This document shows, piece after piece, positions 47,214 through 55,632 of a stretch of 64,000 nucleotides of DNA. The stretch covers positions 2,450 through 66,449 of the forward strand of contig DVOS01000057.1 of NCBI GenBank assembly GCA_018713435.1, in the 5' to 3' direction. The translations under genes and the position numbers were made by a program. The stretch comes from Candidatus Merdiplasma excrementigallinarum (GTDB lineage: Bacteria > Bacillota > Clostridia > Lachnospirales > Lachnospiraceae). A model generated the notes under the pieces. It had not been told where the DNA came from. It did no database searches and saw nothing but the letters and a program-made list of their open reading frames with translations. Positions within the stretch are counted from its first letter, which is position 1, and every line of letters begins with the position of its first letter.

Positions 47214-47765
47214 TCATTCCTGCCAGGGTTTTTCCATATTTTTTTGCAAAGTCCCCGGGGCCGTCCGGCACTTCTGATAGGCGATCCTCTCTCCCCCCTC
47301 CCGCAGGTCGATCAGGCCGCAGCGGACAAATCCGTTCTTTTCCAGCAGCCTCTGCATCACATAATTGTCCCTGTGGGTATCGATCCGAAGGTTCCGGCAC
47401 TGTTCCCAGGACCAGTCCATGCAGGCCTGCCCCACGCCGGAGCAGGTGCCTGCAGACGCCACCCGGTGAAGAACCGCGTAAGGCCCTTCTTCCAGCCATG
47501 CTCCTTCCCGGATGCGGTCATAATTGGGCTCCGGCCGCCTGGCAAACATAAACACGCCGGCCAGCTCCTCCCCCGCCGGGGTCTGCCGGCACACCGCGTA
47601 CAGTTCCCCCGCTTTCAGGTCTTTCTGCACAATCTCGGGCTGAGGATAACCGCCCTCCCACTGGCTGGGATTCCCGTGCTCTTTCTGGAACTGCCGGGCC
47701 TTCTCATAGATGGATAAAATGTTTTCCAGATCCTTCCCGGCTGCTTTTCTGATAGTAAAATTCAT
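47214..47765 (-). CDS. GNAT-family N-acetyltransferase
   Basis: 183 aa. GNAT-like core (RVASAGTCSGVGQACMDW…RIDTHRDNYVMQRLLEKNGF). Confidence 0.75.
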   Translation of the reverse strand: MNFTIRKAAGKDLENILSIYEKARQFQKEHGNPSQWEGGYPQPEIVQKDLKAGELYAVCRQTPAGEELAGVFMFARRPEPNYDRIREGAWLEEGPYAVLHRVASAGTCSGVGQACMDWSWEQCRNLRIDTHRDNYVMQRLLEKNGFVRCGLIDLREGGERIAYQKCRTAPGTLQKNMEKPWQE

Positions 47766-47813
47766 ACTCTGCCCTTCTCCCTGCCCGTACAGGTTCTCTC
47801 CTGTCCCGGGCTT

Positions 47814-48872
47814 TTATTTCAGATGCTGGTAAGCCTCCACCTTTCCGGAGGCGAAGCTGGGCAGGCCGTAATACACATTCAGCGCCTGGTCCAGCAGGGG
47901 CAGCATGGCGGCGGCTCCGGTCGCCTCTCCCAGGTGCATCCCCGCATACAGCAGCGGCTCCAGCCCCAGATCATCCAGGGCCATCTTTCCTCCCGGCTCT
48001 GCGCTGCAGTGGGTCGCCACCATATACTCTTTTGCCAGCGGCTCCAGCCGGGCCGCGAAGCAGGCGGAAATTCCGGAGATGAATCCGTCTATCCACACCG
48101 GCATCCGGCAGGCGGCGGCTCCCAGAAAGCATCCCGTCATGCCGGCAATATCCAGCCCGCCTACTTTAGCCATTATATCAATGGGATCTTCCGGATCCGG
48201 CTGGTTTACCTCTATGGCCTGCCGGATGACCTGTATCTTTTTCCCCAGTCCCTGGCTGGAGAGCCCCGCCCCCCGGCCTGTCACCTCTTCCGGCTGTCTG
48301 TGAAACAGCACGGCGGCGCAGGCGGAACTGGTGGTTGTATTTCCTATTCCCATCTCCCCGGTAATAATCAGGTCGTATCCCTGCTCTCTCAGCTCCTCTG
48401 TGATCCGTATGCCCTCTTCAATGGCCCGGATACATTCCTCTCTGCTCATGGCAGGCTCGATGGCAATATCGCCCGTTCCGTGGCGGACAGCCCGGTTGCG
48501 GATCTTTTCATGGACGCCGTCCACATTCATTCCGATATTAACCGGAACCACATCCGCGTTCAGGATCCGGGACATGACGCACACGCTGCTGATCCCCTGT
48601 CCCATATTTTCCAGGACCTGGGCCGTCACTTCGCTTCCCGTCTGGCTGACGCCTTCTCTCACCACGCCGTTATCCGCGCCCATAATGACAATCGCCCGTT
48701 TCCGGCAGCAGGGATTCTCCGTTCCCTGAATCGCCGCCAGCTGGACCACCATCTCTTCCAGTTTTCCAAATCCCCGCAGAGGCTTGCACAGGGAATCCCA
48801 GTGCTCCCAGGCTCTCCTGCCGCTGCTTGGATCAACGGATCGGATCTTTTTTACTGTTTCCTCCAGTTTCAT
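47814..48872 (-). CDS. cobT: Nicotinate-nucleotide--dimethylbenzimidazole phosphoribosyltransferase
   Basis: 352 aa. GEMGIGNTTTSSA motif. Confidence 0.9.
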   Translation of the reverse strand: MKLEETVKKIRSVDPSSGRRAWEHWDSLCKPLRGFGKLEEMVVQLAAIQGTENPCCRKRAIVIMGADNGVVREGVSQTGSEVTAQVLENMGQGISSVCVMSRILNADVVPVNIGMNVDGVHEKIRNRAVRHGTGDIAIEPAMSREECIRAIEEGIRITEELREQGYDLIITGEMGIGNTTTSSACAAVLFHRQPEEVTGRGAGLSSQGLGKKIQVIRQAIEVNQPDPEDPIDIMAKVGGLDIAGMTGCFLGAAACRMPVWIDGFISGISACFAARLEPLAKEYMVATHCSAEPGGKMALDDLGLEPLLYAGMHLGEATGAAAMLPLLDQALNVYYGLPSFASGKVEAYQHLK

Positions 48873-48923
48873 ATCACACTTTCCCCCATCTTCCCGGGAT
48901 GGCCTCCCGGATTTTTACCTTAA

Positions 48924-49619
48924 TCAGCACACGCAGCAGCGCACGCCGGGACAGCAGCAGCTGCACAGGGCGTTTGCCAGACAGAGGTTCATACACATAT
49001 CGCTTCCTCCTCCCAGAGGGCTCCCGTACATGTCCCCCATGCCTCTGTACCACTGGCCCCCGTTTTCCAGTCTGGATACCAGCTGCTGATACTGCACATT
49101 CCCCGGTTCCATCCGGGCCGCCGTGGCCGCATGCTCTTTGGCTGTCACATTATTTCCCTGGCCTGCATTGGCCAGAGCGCTGTAATAATACCATCTGGCC
49201 GACCGCTGCTTTATCTCGGAGAGCACATGAAGAGCCTCCGCGTAATGCTGGCTGTTAATATAATTGGCAGCCGCCTGCATCCGAATATCTTCTTCCGAAG
49301 TATAGCCCTGGCTGCCCTGACCGCTCTGGCCGAAACCGCCGAAGCCCCCGAAACCGCCAAACCCTCCGAAGCCGCCAAAGCCTCCGAAGTCCTCATAAGC
49401 GCCGCCCGGGCCGCTCTGGGTATACCCCTGCTCCTTCTCCTTCATAATCTGCTGATAGGCCTGCTGAATCTCCTTAAATTTTTCTTCAGCCTGGGCTTTG
49501 TTGGGGTTATTTACATTGGCGTCCGGGTGATATTTCCGGCTCAGTTTTCGATAGGCTTTTTTGATCTCCTCGTCGGAAGCATTCTCCGGCACGCCCAAAA
49601 CCTCATATGGATTTCTCAT
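48924..49619 (-). CDS. J-domain protein with a GGF repeat, TPR-like middle and a C-terminal cysteine-string tail
   Basis: 231 aa. NPYEVLGV...YHPD J-domain. (GGF)x6. Last 24 aa are [25 protein letters not shown], with 9 Cys. Confidence 0.85.
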   Translation of the reverse strand: MRNPYEVLGVPENASDEEIKKAYRKLSRKYHPDANVNNPNKAQAEEKFKEIQQAYQQIMKEKEQGYTQSGPGGAYEDFGGFGGFGGFGGFGGFGGFGQSGQGSQGYTSEEDIRMQAAANYINSQHYAEALHVLSEIKQRSARWYYYSALANAGQGNNVTAKEHAATAARMEPGNVQYQQLVSRLENGGQWYRGMGDMYGSPLGGGSDMCMNLCLANALCSCCCPGVRCCVC

Positions 49620-49653
49620 AATTTTTCCTCAATCTATCTTCCGGCAGCCTGCC

Positions 49654-50508
49654 TCATTTTTCCGCAGAAGGCTGCTTCTTTTTTCTGCGCTGCTCCAGAA
49701 TCACCGAATACCTGCACCACACGCCGGAGTACAGAATATTCCGCAGAATTTCAGCCCCCTGCAGAATGGGGAGCCGCTCAAATACTCTGGAGCACTGACT
49801 CATCATATCCACCAGAATGGATTCCACCATCTTTTCAAACGCTTCCGGGTGCTCCTGTCTCATACCAAGGAAGATATTGTAGTTTCCGTGTTTCCGGTCT
49901 TTTTCCATATCTTCAAAGGCATCCATCAGATAAACAAATTTCCCCAGGTAAAAACCCAGGGAACGCAGATCCGCCTGCCATTCATCTTCCCGGCAGACGA
50001 ACATCTCCCCCAGAAACTTTCCGGTCAGCCCCGCCACATAGTCAAGGTCCCGGCTGTTCTGTCTCTCAGCCCGGGCCAGCAGATCGACGCACTCGTCCAG
50101 GGTTCTGGCCTGTCTGGGATATTTGATTTTCAGCTTCTGATAATCGGACCGCAGAGAAGCCGCCAGCGCCCGCCTGGGCCTGCTCCGCTCATCTCTCCAG
50201 TCATCCACCGCTTTCTGATAGGAAAGCAGCACCGTCATATCCGCCGCATACTCGGTAAATCCATTGTGAATCAGCTCATGGCGCTGAAAAGGATGGGTTA
50301 CGCAGCGGCGGCGGTTCTTTACCTGTCCGGGCTCGTACAGCCCTGTCAGCAGTACCGCCAGGAAAGTCATATCATAGTTTAGCAGCATCTGGCCGATCCG
50401 TCCATACCGCCTGTGCAGATCATGACATAAACCGCAGTAATAACTGCGGTATGTCTCATAATCCTTTACTTTTAATTCCTGCCTGTTAATACATACATAT
50501 CCAAACAT
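49654..50508 (-). CDS. Uncharacterised conserved protein (resembles what I recall as DUF5685)
   Basis: Start trimmed to MFGYVCINRQ (ATG 50508, 9 nt after the upstream stop). YYCGLCHDL motif. No function known to me. Confidence 0.65.
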   Translation of the reverse strand: MFGYVCINRQELKVKDYETYRSYYCGLCHDLHRRYGRIGQMLLNYDMTFLAVLLTGLYEPGQVKNRRRCVTHPFQRHELIHNGFTEYAADMTVLLSYQKAVDDWRDERSRPRRALAASLRSDYQKLKIKYPRQARTLDECVDLLARAERQNSRDLDYVAGLTGKFLGEMFVCREDEWQADLRSLGFYLGKFVYLMDAFEDMEKDRKHGNYNIFLGMRQEHPEAFEKMVESILVDMMSQCSRVFERLPILQGAEILRNILYSGVWCRYSVILEQRRKKKQPSAEK

Positions 50509-50516
50509 ACGCAATC

Positions 50517-50912
50517 TCAGCTCTTTTTTATAAATTCCGTGCCGCATTTGGGGCAGGTGATGCAGATCTTTCCCTTGCCCCTGGGAATACGGATCTTCTG
50601 TTTGCAGTTGGGACATTTATAAATGTGATGGGTTTTCAGATCCCGGGCCCTGTTTTTTTCTTTCCGGAAAAACCCGAAAAGACGTCCCTTCAGCTGGAGA
50701 TATTTCGCGTTCTCCGCGTACCGCTTCTGAATGTTTTTGGAAAACATGCGGAAGTACACATAAACCAGCAGCAGTATCACTGCTCCGTTGATGATTCCGA
50801 TCCGGAGAAACAGGTTCAGCACCATCAGCGCCACCGCCGTCCCCAGAAGAAATTTGGAATACTCGTCTGTCCCATACCTGCCGGCCATAAATCGGATCAA
50901 TTTGTCTCTCAT
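50517..50912 (-). CDS. Small membrane protein with a C-terminal zinc ribbon
   Basis: 131 aa. Two hydrophobic helices, then CPNCKQKIRIPRGKGKICITCPKCG (CxxC…CxxC). Confidence 0.7.
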   Translation of the reverse strand: MRDKLIRFMAGRYGTDEYSKFLLGTAVALMVLNLFLRIGIINGAVILLLVYVYFRMFSKNIQKRYAENAKYLQLKGRLFGFFRKEKNRARDLKTHHIYKCPNCKQKIRIPRGKGKICITCPKCGTEFIKKS

Positions 50913-51010
50913 AAAATCAGGAAGCCACCTTTCATGTATTCTACATGAAAATCATGGTAAACCCAAAACTTTTCTGTGTCAATAATGGTAGCACAGAGTT
51001 CACACAAATT

Positions 51011-53332
51011 TTAGATATAGGGAAACCACAGCGCCGCCTGAAAGCTGTCATCCTCCAGGCTGATCTGAAACCTTCCCCCCATCAGTTCCGTCAGGCTTTT
51101 CGCGATGGACAGCCCCAGTCCGGTTCCCTCCGTGCTCCGGCTCAGATCGCCCCTCACAAACCGTTCCTGCAGTTCATCCGCGCTCATCTGCAGCTTCTGC
51201 CGGCAGACATTCCGAAAAAGGATCTCCACCCCTTCCTGTCCCCGCTTCATCTCCAGCCTGGCTTTGGTCCCCGGCATGGCATACTTGGCCATGTTGCCAA
51301 AAAGGTTCTCAAACACCCGCCACAGCTGCCGGCCGTCCGCCCGGATCACCACCGGCTCCTTCTCCATGGATATCTCCATCTCAAGCCGGCTCTCCTCCAG
51401 ACGCTCCGAGCACTCCCCGTAGGCCTGCCGCAGCATCTGCCCCAGGTTCAGCTCCGTCATATGAAGCTCTATATTTCCAGAACTGATCTTGCTGGCCTCG
51501 ATCAGATCTTCCGTCAGCTGCTTCAGCCGCTGGGACTTCTGGTCCAGCACCCGGATATACTCTCTGGCCCGCTCATTCTGCAGCTCCTCCCGCTTCAGCA
51601 AATCCACATAATTGATAATAGAGGTGAGGGGAGTTTTGATATCATGGGACACGTTGGTGATCAGTTCCGCTTTCAGCCGTTCGTTCTTCACCATGGAATC
51701 CACCGCTTTCTGCAGTCCCTCTCCCATCTCGTTCACCGCCAGGGACATCTCCAGGCTCTCCCCGGTCATGGCCTTTGTATCAATCCTGTAATCCAGCTTT
51801 CCCTGGGAAATCTGATACAGGCCTTCCCGCACGTTCTGCTTTCCCACCTCGTCCCGCATCAGATACAGCAGCACGGCCATATCCAGAACCAGGGCCATCA
51901 CTGCGCCGGGCAGCCCGAAAAAGCCCACAAAGAAAATGTTCAGCGCGAAAAAAGCCACATAGCCGATCACCAGACGCTGGGAATTTTTTCTGGCGCTGTA
52001 TGCCTGCCTGCAGCCCAGCAGCACCGCGTAGCACACGCTGTTGCTCCACAGGGTCCCTGCCTTATGCCGGCGCACAAAGCTGAGAAATCCGAACAGGATC
52101 ACGCCGTATTCCGTCACTGCCGTGAGAAGAAGCTGTCCCCGGAAGGAAAGCAGACGGAACAGATACCCGGCCGCCACCTCCGTAACCAGCAGATACCAGC
52201 TCACCCCCACAATCAGGCAGAGGCCGGCGGCAATCTCCGTAGGGATCCGATCGAATCCGGACAGCAGGGCGGCGCCTCCTTTCTCCTGCCGTCCCGCCGC
52301 GGCCGTCAGGAGTGCCAGCAGCAGCACCAGCAGGATCCCGCTGCCGGCCGCGCCGACTATGCTGACCAGCAGCACCGGCTCCCGCTGCTCATAGGCCAGA
52401 TAGGCCTCCTGTATCTCATCCCCGATGGGGTAGCTTACATTTACCGCCAGCAGCACCCGCTCGCCGGAGCCGAGAAAGTTTGTGTCAATAAACCACCGGG
52501 AAGCTTCCTCGTTCATCACATACTCGCTGTTGGCCGCCATGATGTTGAATTTCCGCTCTCCCACATAGAGGAATTCCAGTTCCTCGTCATTCTGCACCAT
52601 CCGCTGGGCGGCGGAGTAGCTTTTCACCCCCATATTGGTATAGCGCTGCCGGGTGCTGGTGTTTTCCACATAGTACTGCACATTGCTGGGCGCTTCATTA
52701 TTATACAGGCCCTGGGGATCCTCCTGAGCCGTAAGGTACGCCTGGTAGCGGGAGGCAACATCCCGGCTTGTCTCGCAAAGGTACTGATAATATTCCAGAA
52801 GGGCGGTTCCCGGGTTCGCGCTCAGTTCCGAATAATCCGCCAGCCGGCTGCCGGATATGGGAAGCACTGTCTCCAGCGTCTGAGCCTCGCTTTTAAGTTC
52901 TTCTCCCGCCGCCTGCTCCGTCATGCCGGAGTTCAAAAGGTCTTCGATCCGGTTTCGCAGGGCGTTCTCCCCGTTTTCATGGAAAGTCAGCAGGTCCCGG
53001 ATATAGTAGGCCGTATTCAGGTTCAGATTGGTCTCATCCTGGGTGCCGCTGGCATACTGACGGATGTCCACTTCCTTCAGCTCCTCATACTGCCCGTCCC
53101 GCTCAAACAGTTCTTTGTTTTCCTGGTAAGCAATCTTGGACCGCACGGTTCTCTCCGTCAGACTCAGAAAAAGCTTCGTCTCCTCAAAGCTCTTTCCCAT
53201 TTCGCTGATGCTGAAGCTTCCCTCCGTCCAGTAAAACACGTTGGTCAGGCAGACCACCAGCACGCAGACCAGAAGTCCCTGCAGGATCACATTGGCGCTT
53301 TTAACGCCCATTCTGTACCAAAACCGTTTCAT
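51011..53332 (-). CDS. Sensor histidine kinase with a large extracytoplasmic domain and multiple TM helices
   Basis: 773 aa. H-box ITNVSHDIKTPLTSI and G2 box GTGLGLSIAKSL. Confidence 0.9.
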   Translation of the reverse strand: MKRFWYRMGVKSANVILQGLLVCVLVVCLTNVFYWTEGSFSISEMGKSFEETKLFLSLTERTVRSKIAYQENKELFERDGQYEELKEVDIRQYASGTQDETNLNLNTAYYIRDLLTFHENGENALRNRIEDLLNSGMTEQAAGEELKSEAQTLETVLPISGSRLADYSELSANPGTALLEYYQYLCETSRDVASRYQAYLTAQEDPQGLYNNEAPSNVQYYVENTSTRQRYTNMGVKSYSAAQRMVQNDEELEFLYVGERKFNIMAANSEYVMNEEASRWFIDTNFLGSGERVLLAVNVSYPIGDEIQEAYLAYEQREPVLLVSIVGAAGSGILLVLLLALLTAAAGRQEKGGAALLSGFDRIPTEIAAGLCLIVGVSWYLLVTEVAAGYLFRLLSFRGQLLLTAVTEYGVILFGFLSFVRRHKAGTLWSNSVCYAVLLGCRQAYSARKNSQRLVIGYVAFFALNIFFVGFFGLPGAVMALVLDMAVLLYLMRDEVGKQNVREGLYQISQGKLDYRIDTKAMTGESLEMSLAVNEMGEGLQKAVDSMVKNERLKAELITNVSHDIKTPLTSIINYVDLLKREELQNERAREYIRVLDQKSQRLKQLTEDLIEASKISSGNIELHMTELNLGQMLRQAYGECSERLEESRLEMEISMEKEPVVIRADGRQLWRVFENLFGNMAKYAMPGTKARLEMKRGQEGVEILFRNVCRQKLQMSADELQERFVRGDLSRSTEGTGLGLSIAKSLTELMGGRFQISLEDDSFQAALWFPYI

Positions 53333-53345
53333 ACAGCCTCCCGGT

Positions 53346-54047
53346 TTAATCTATACTCTCAATCTTGTAGCCGATTCCCCACATCACCTTCAGATACCTG
53401 GGATTCTTGGGATCAATCTCAATCTTCTCCCGGATATGGCGGATATGTACGGTAACGGTATTATCCGCGCAGAAGGCTTCTTCTTTCCAGATCCTCTCGT
53501 AAATCTCGTCAATGGAAAATACCTTTCCCTTGTTCATAATCAGCAGCAGCAGAATATTGTACTCGATTCGGGTCAGCTTCACCGGCTCCCCATCCACCGT
53601 CACTTCCTTGCGCTCGTCGTTCACCACCAGGCCGCCGGTGTGGTAGACATGCTCTTCCTCTTTCGCCTCCTGCATGGTGCCCAGGGTGGTGTAGCGCCGA
53701 AGCTGGGATTTCACCCTGGCTACCAGTTCCAGGGGATTGAAGGGCTTCGTCACATAATCGTCCGCCCCGATATTCAGCCCCAGAATCTTATCGCTGTCCT
53801 GGGATTTGGCGGAAAGAATAATGATGGGAATGCTGCTCTCCTCCCGGATCTTCAGAGTAGCATGGATGCCGTCCATGCCGGGCATCATCAGATCCAGTAT
53901 CAGCAGATGGATGGTTTCCTCCTTCATGATCTGCAGCGCCTGTTTCCCGTCATAGGCCTTAAACACATGATACCCTTCCTGCATCAGATAAATTTCCACC
54001 GCGTCCACAATTTCTTTTTCATCGTCGCAAACCAGTATATTATACAT
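53346..54047 (-). CDS. OmpR/PhoB-family response regulator
   Basis: 233 aa. Receiver domain (ILVCDDE…LILDLMMPGMDG) and a winged-helix C-terminus. Confidence 0.92.
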   Translation of the reverse strand: MYNILVCDDEKEIVDAVEIYLMQEGYHVFKAYDGKQALQIMKEETIHLLILDLMMPGMDGIHATLKIREESSIPIIILSAKSQDSDKILGLNIGADDYVTKPFNPLELVARVKSQLRRYTTLGTMQEAKEEEHVYHTGGLVVNDERKEVTVDGEPVKLTRIEYNILLLLIMNKGKVFSIDEIYERIWKEEAFCADNTVTVHIRHIREKIEIDPKNPRYLKVMWGIGYKIESID

Positions 54048-54173
54048 ATTCCCCTCCTGTTACGCTTTCCCTCATTTTGCAAATTGCTCCTGCCGGACCG
54101 CAGGAATTCCTTCTTCCAGTCTAGCAGGAGCAAATGAAAAAAGCCTCCATGAAACCATTAAATTTTCCTTAAA

Positions 54174-55607
54174 TTATTTGGTCTCAATCACATGCATCAT
54201 ATTGGTCATATTTCCCTTACCCTTTACCATATTGGTGGTGGGATCGCCGGCGGTAAATACTACCATATCCCCGGGCTTTACCAGTTTTTCCCGTTTTACC
54301 ACATACATGGCATGGGAAATGATATTCTCTGTGGAATCCTCCTGGTACCCCTGCAGCGGCACTACGCCCCAGTCAATCTGCAGCTTTCTCTGAGCCCTCT
54401 CATTGGGAGTCACCGCGTAGATGGGCACGCTGGGCCGGAAATTGGACACCAGGCGGGCCGTCTGTCCCGACATGGTGGGCGTCACAATACATTTTGCCTT
54501 CAGGTTGAAGGCAGTCTGCACGGCGGCAACGCCAACGGCGCTGGATACATTCGCCTCTCCCTCCAGGGACTTGAAATCCGGCACCTCATACGTCTGTTTG
54601 CTCTCCGTATACTCCGCGATTTTCACCATGGTCTGCAGCGCCTCGATGGGATGTCTGCCGGCAGCCGTCTCTCCGGACAGCATGATGGCTCCTGTTCCCT
54701 CATTGATGGCGTTGGCCACATCCGTTACCTCCGCTCTTGTAGGCCTGGGGTTGCGGATCATGGAATCCAGCATCTGAGTGGCCACAATCACCGGCTTATA
54801 CTGGGCGTTGCACTTTTTGATAATCATCTTCTGATAGTAGGGAACCTCGTGGGCCGGAATCTCCACGCCCATATCGCCCCTGGCAATCATGATGCCGTCT
54901 GATACCCGGATAATTTCATCAATATTCTTGATGCCCTCCGCATTCTCAATTTTGGAAATCACATCAATATGTTCCGCGTTATGCTCCCGCAGAATCTCCT
55001 CGATCTCCAGCACGGCGCTGGCATCCCGCACAAAGGAAGCGGCAATAAAATCAATGCCCTGCTCAATGCCGAAGATAATGTCATCCCGGTCTTTTTCCGT
55101 GATAGCCGGCAGCTTCACATCCACATTGGGGAGGTTGATGCCTTTGCGCTCGCCCAGTTCCCCGCCGTTGTCCACCTGACAGACCACATCCGTATCCGTC
55201 AGGCTCTTTACCGTCATCTCAATCAGGCCGTCATCAATGAGAACCCGGTCTCCCGGCTTCAGATCCCTGGGAAGATCCTGATAGGTTTGGTAGCAGATAT
55301 GGCTGTTTCCCTCCATCTGTCTGGTGGTGAGCACAAACTCCTGTCCCTCCTCCAGCATAACCTTTTTTCCGCCCTCCAGTCTGCCGGTCCGGATCTCCGG
55401 TCCTTTCGTATCCAGCAGAATCGCGATGGGTTTCTTCAGCTCAGACCGAACCTGCTTGAGCAGATCCATTCTCTTTTTCTGTTCTTCATGATCCCCATGT
55501 GAAAAATTGAAACGGGCCACATCCATCCCATTCTCCACCAGTTTTCTCATAATCTGCGGATTATCAGAATTGGGACCCATCGTGCAGATAATTTTTGTTC
55601 TCTTCAT
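54174..55607 (-). CDS. pyk: Pyruvate kinase (full length, with C domain)
   Basis: 477 aa. KTKIICTMGP, ISKIENAEGIKNIDEI, MIARGDMGVEIP, MLSGETAAGRHP. Confidence 0.95.
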   Translation of the reverse strand: MKRTKIICTMGPNSDNPQIMRKLVENGMDVARFNFSHGDHEEQKKRMDLLKQVRSELKKPIAILLDTKGPEIRTGRLEGGKKVMLEEGQEFVLTTRQMEGNSHICYQTYQDLPRDLKPGDRVLIDDGLIEMTVKSLTDTDVVCQVDNGGELGERKGINLPNVDVKLPAITEKDRDDIIFGIEQGIDFIAASFVRDASAVLEIEEILREHNAEHIDVISKIENAEGIKNIDEIIRVSDGIMIARGDMGVEIPAHEVPYYQKMIIKKCNAQYKPVIVATQMLDSMIRNPRPTRAEVTDVANAINEGTGAIMLSGETAAGRHPIEALQTMVKIAEYTESKQTYEVPDFKSLEGEANVSSAVGVAAVQTAFNLKAKCIVTPTMSGQTARLVSNFRPSVPIYAVTPNERAQRKLQIDWGVVPLQGYQEDSTENIISHAMYVVKREKLVKPGDMVVFTAGDPTTNMVKGKGNMTNMMHVIETK

Positions 55608-55632
55608 ATTTATGTTCTCCTTCCATCCCGTA

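Noticed and set aside
47814-48872. cobT as evidence that the microcompartment is B12-dependent
   Set aside because: It lies more than 40 kb away among unrelated housekeeping genes, with no other cobalamin genes adjacent. I treat it as unlinked.
50945-53455. 836-aa plus-strand ORF
   Set aside because: It is antisense to the histidine kinase and the start of the response regulator. The translation is His/Gln/Pro/Leu-rich and without motifs.
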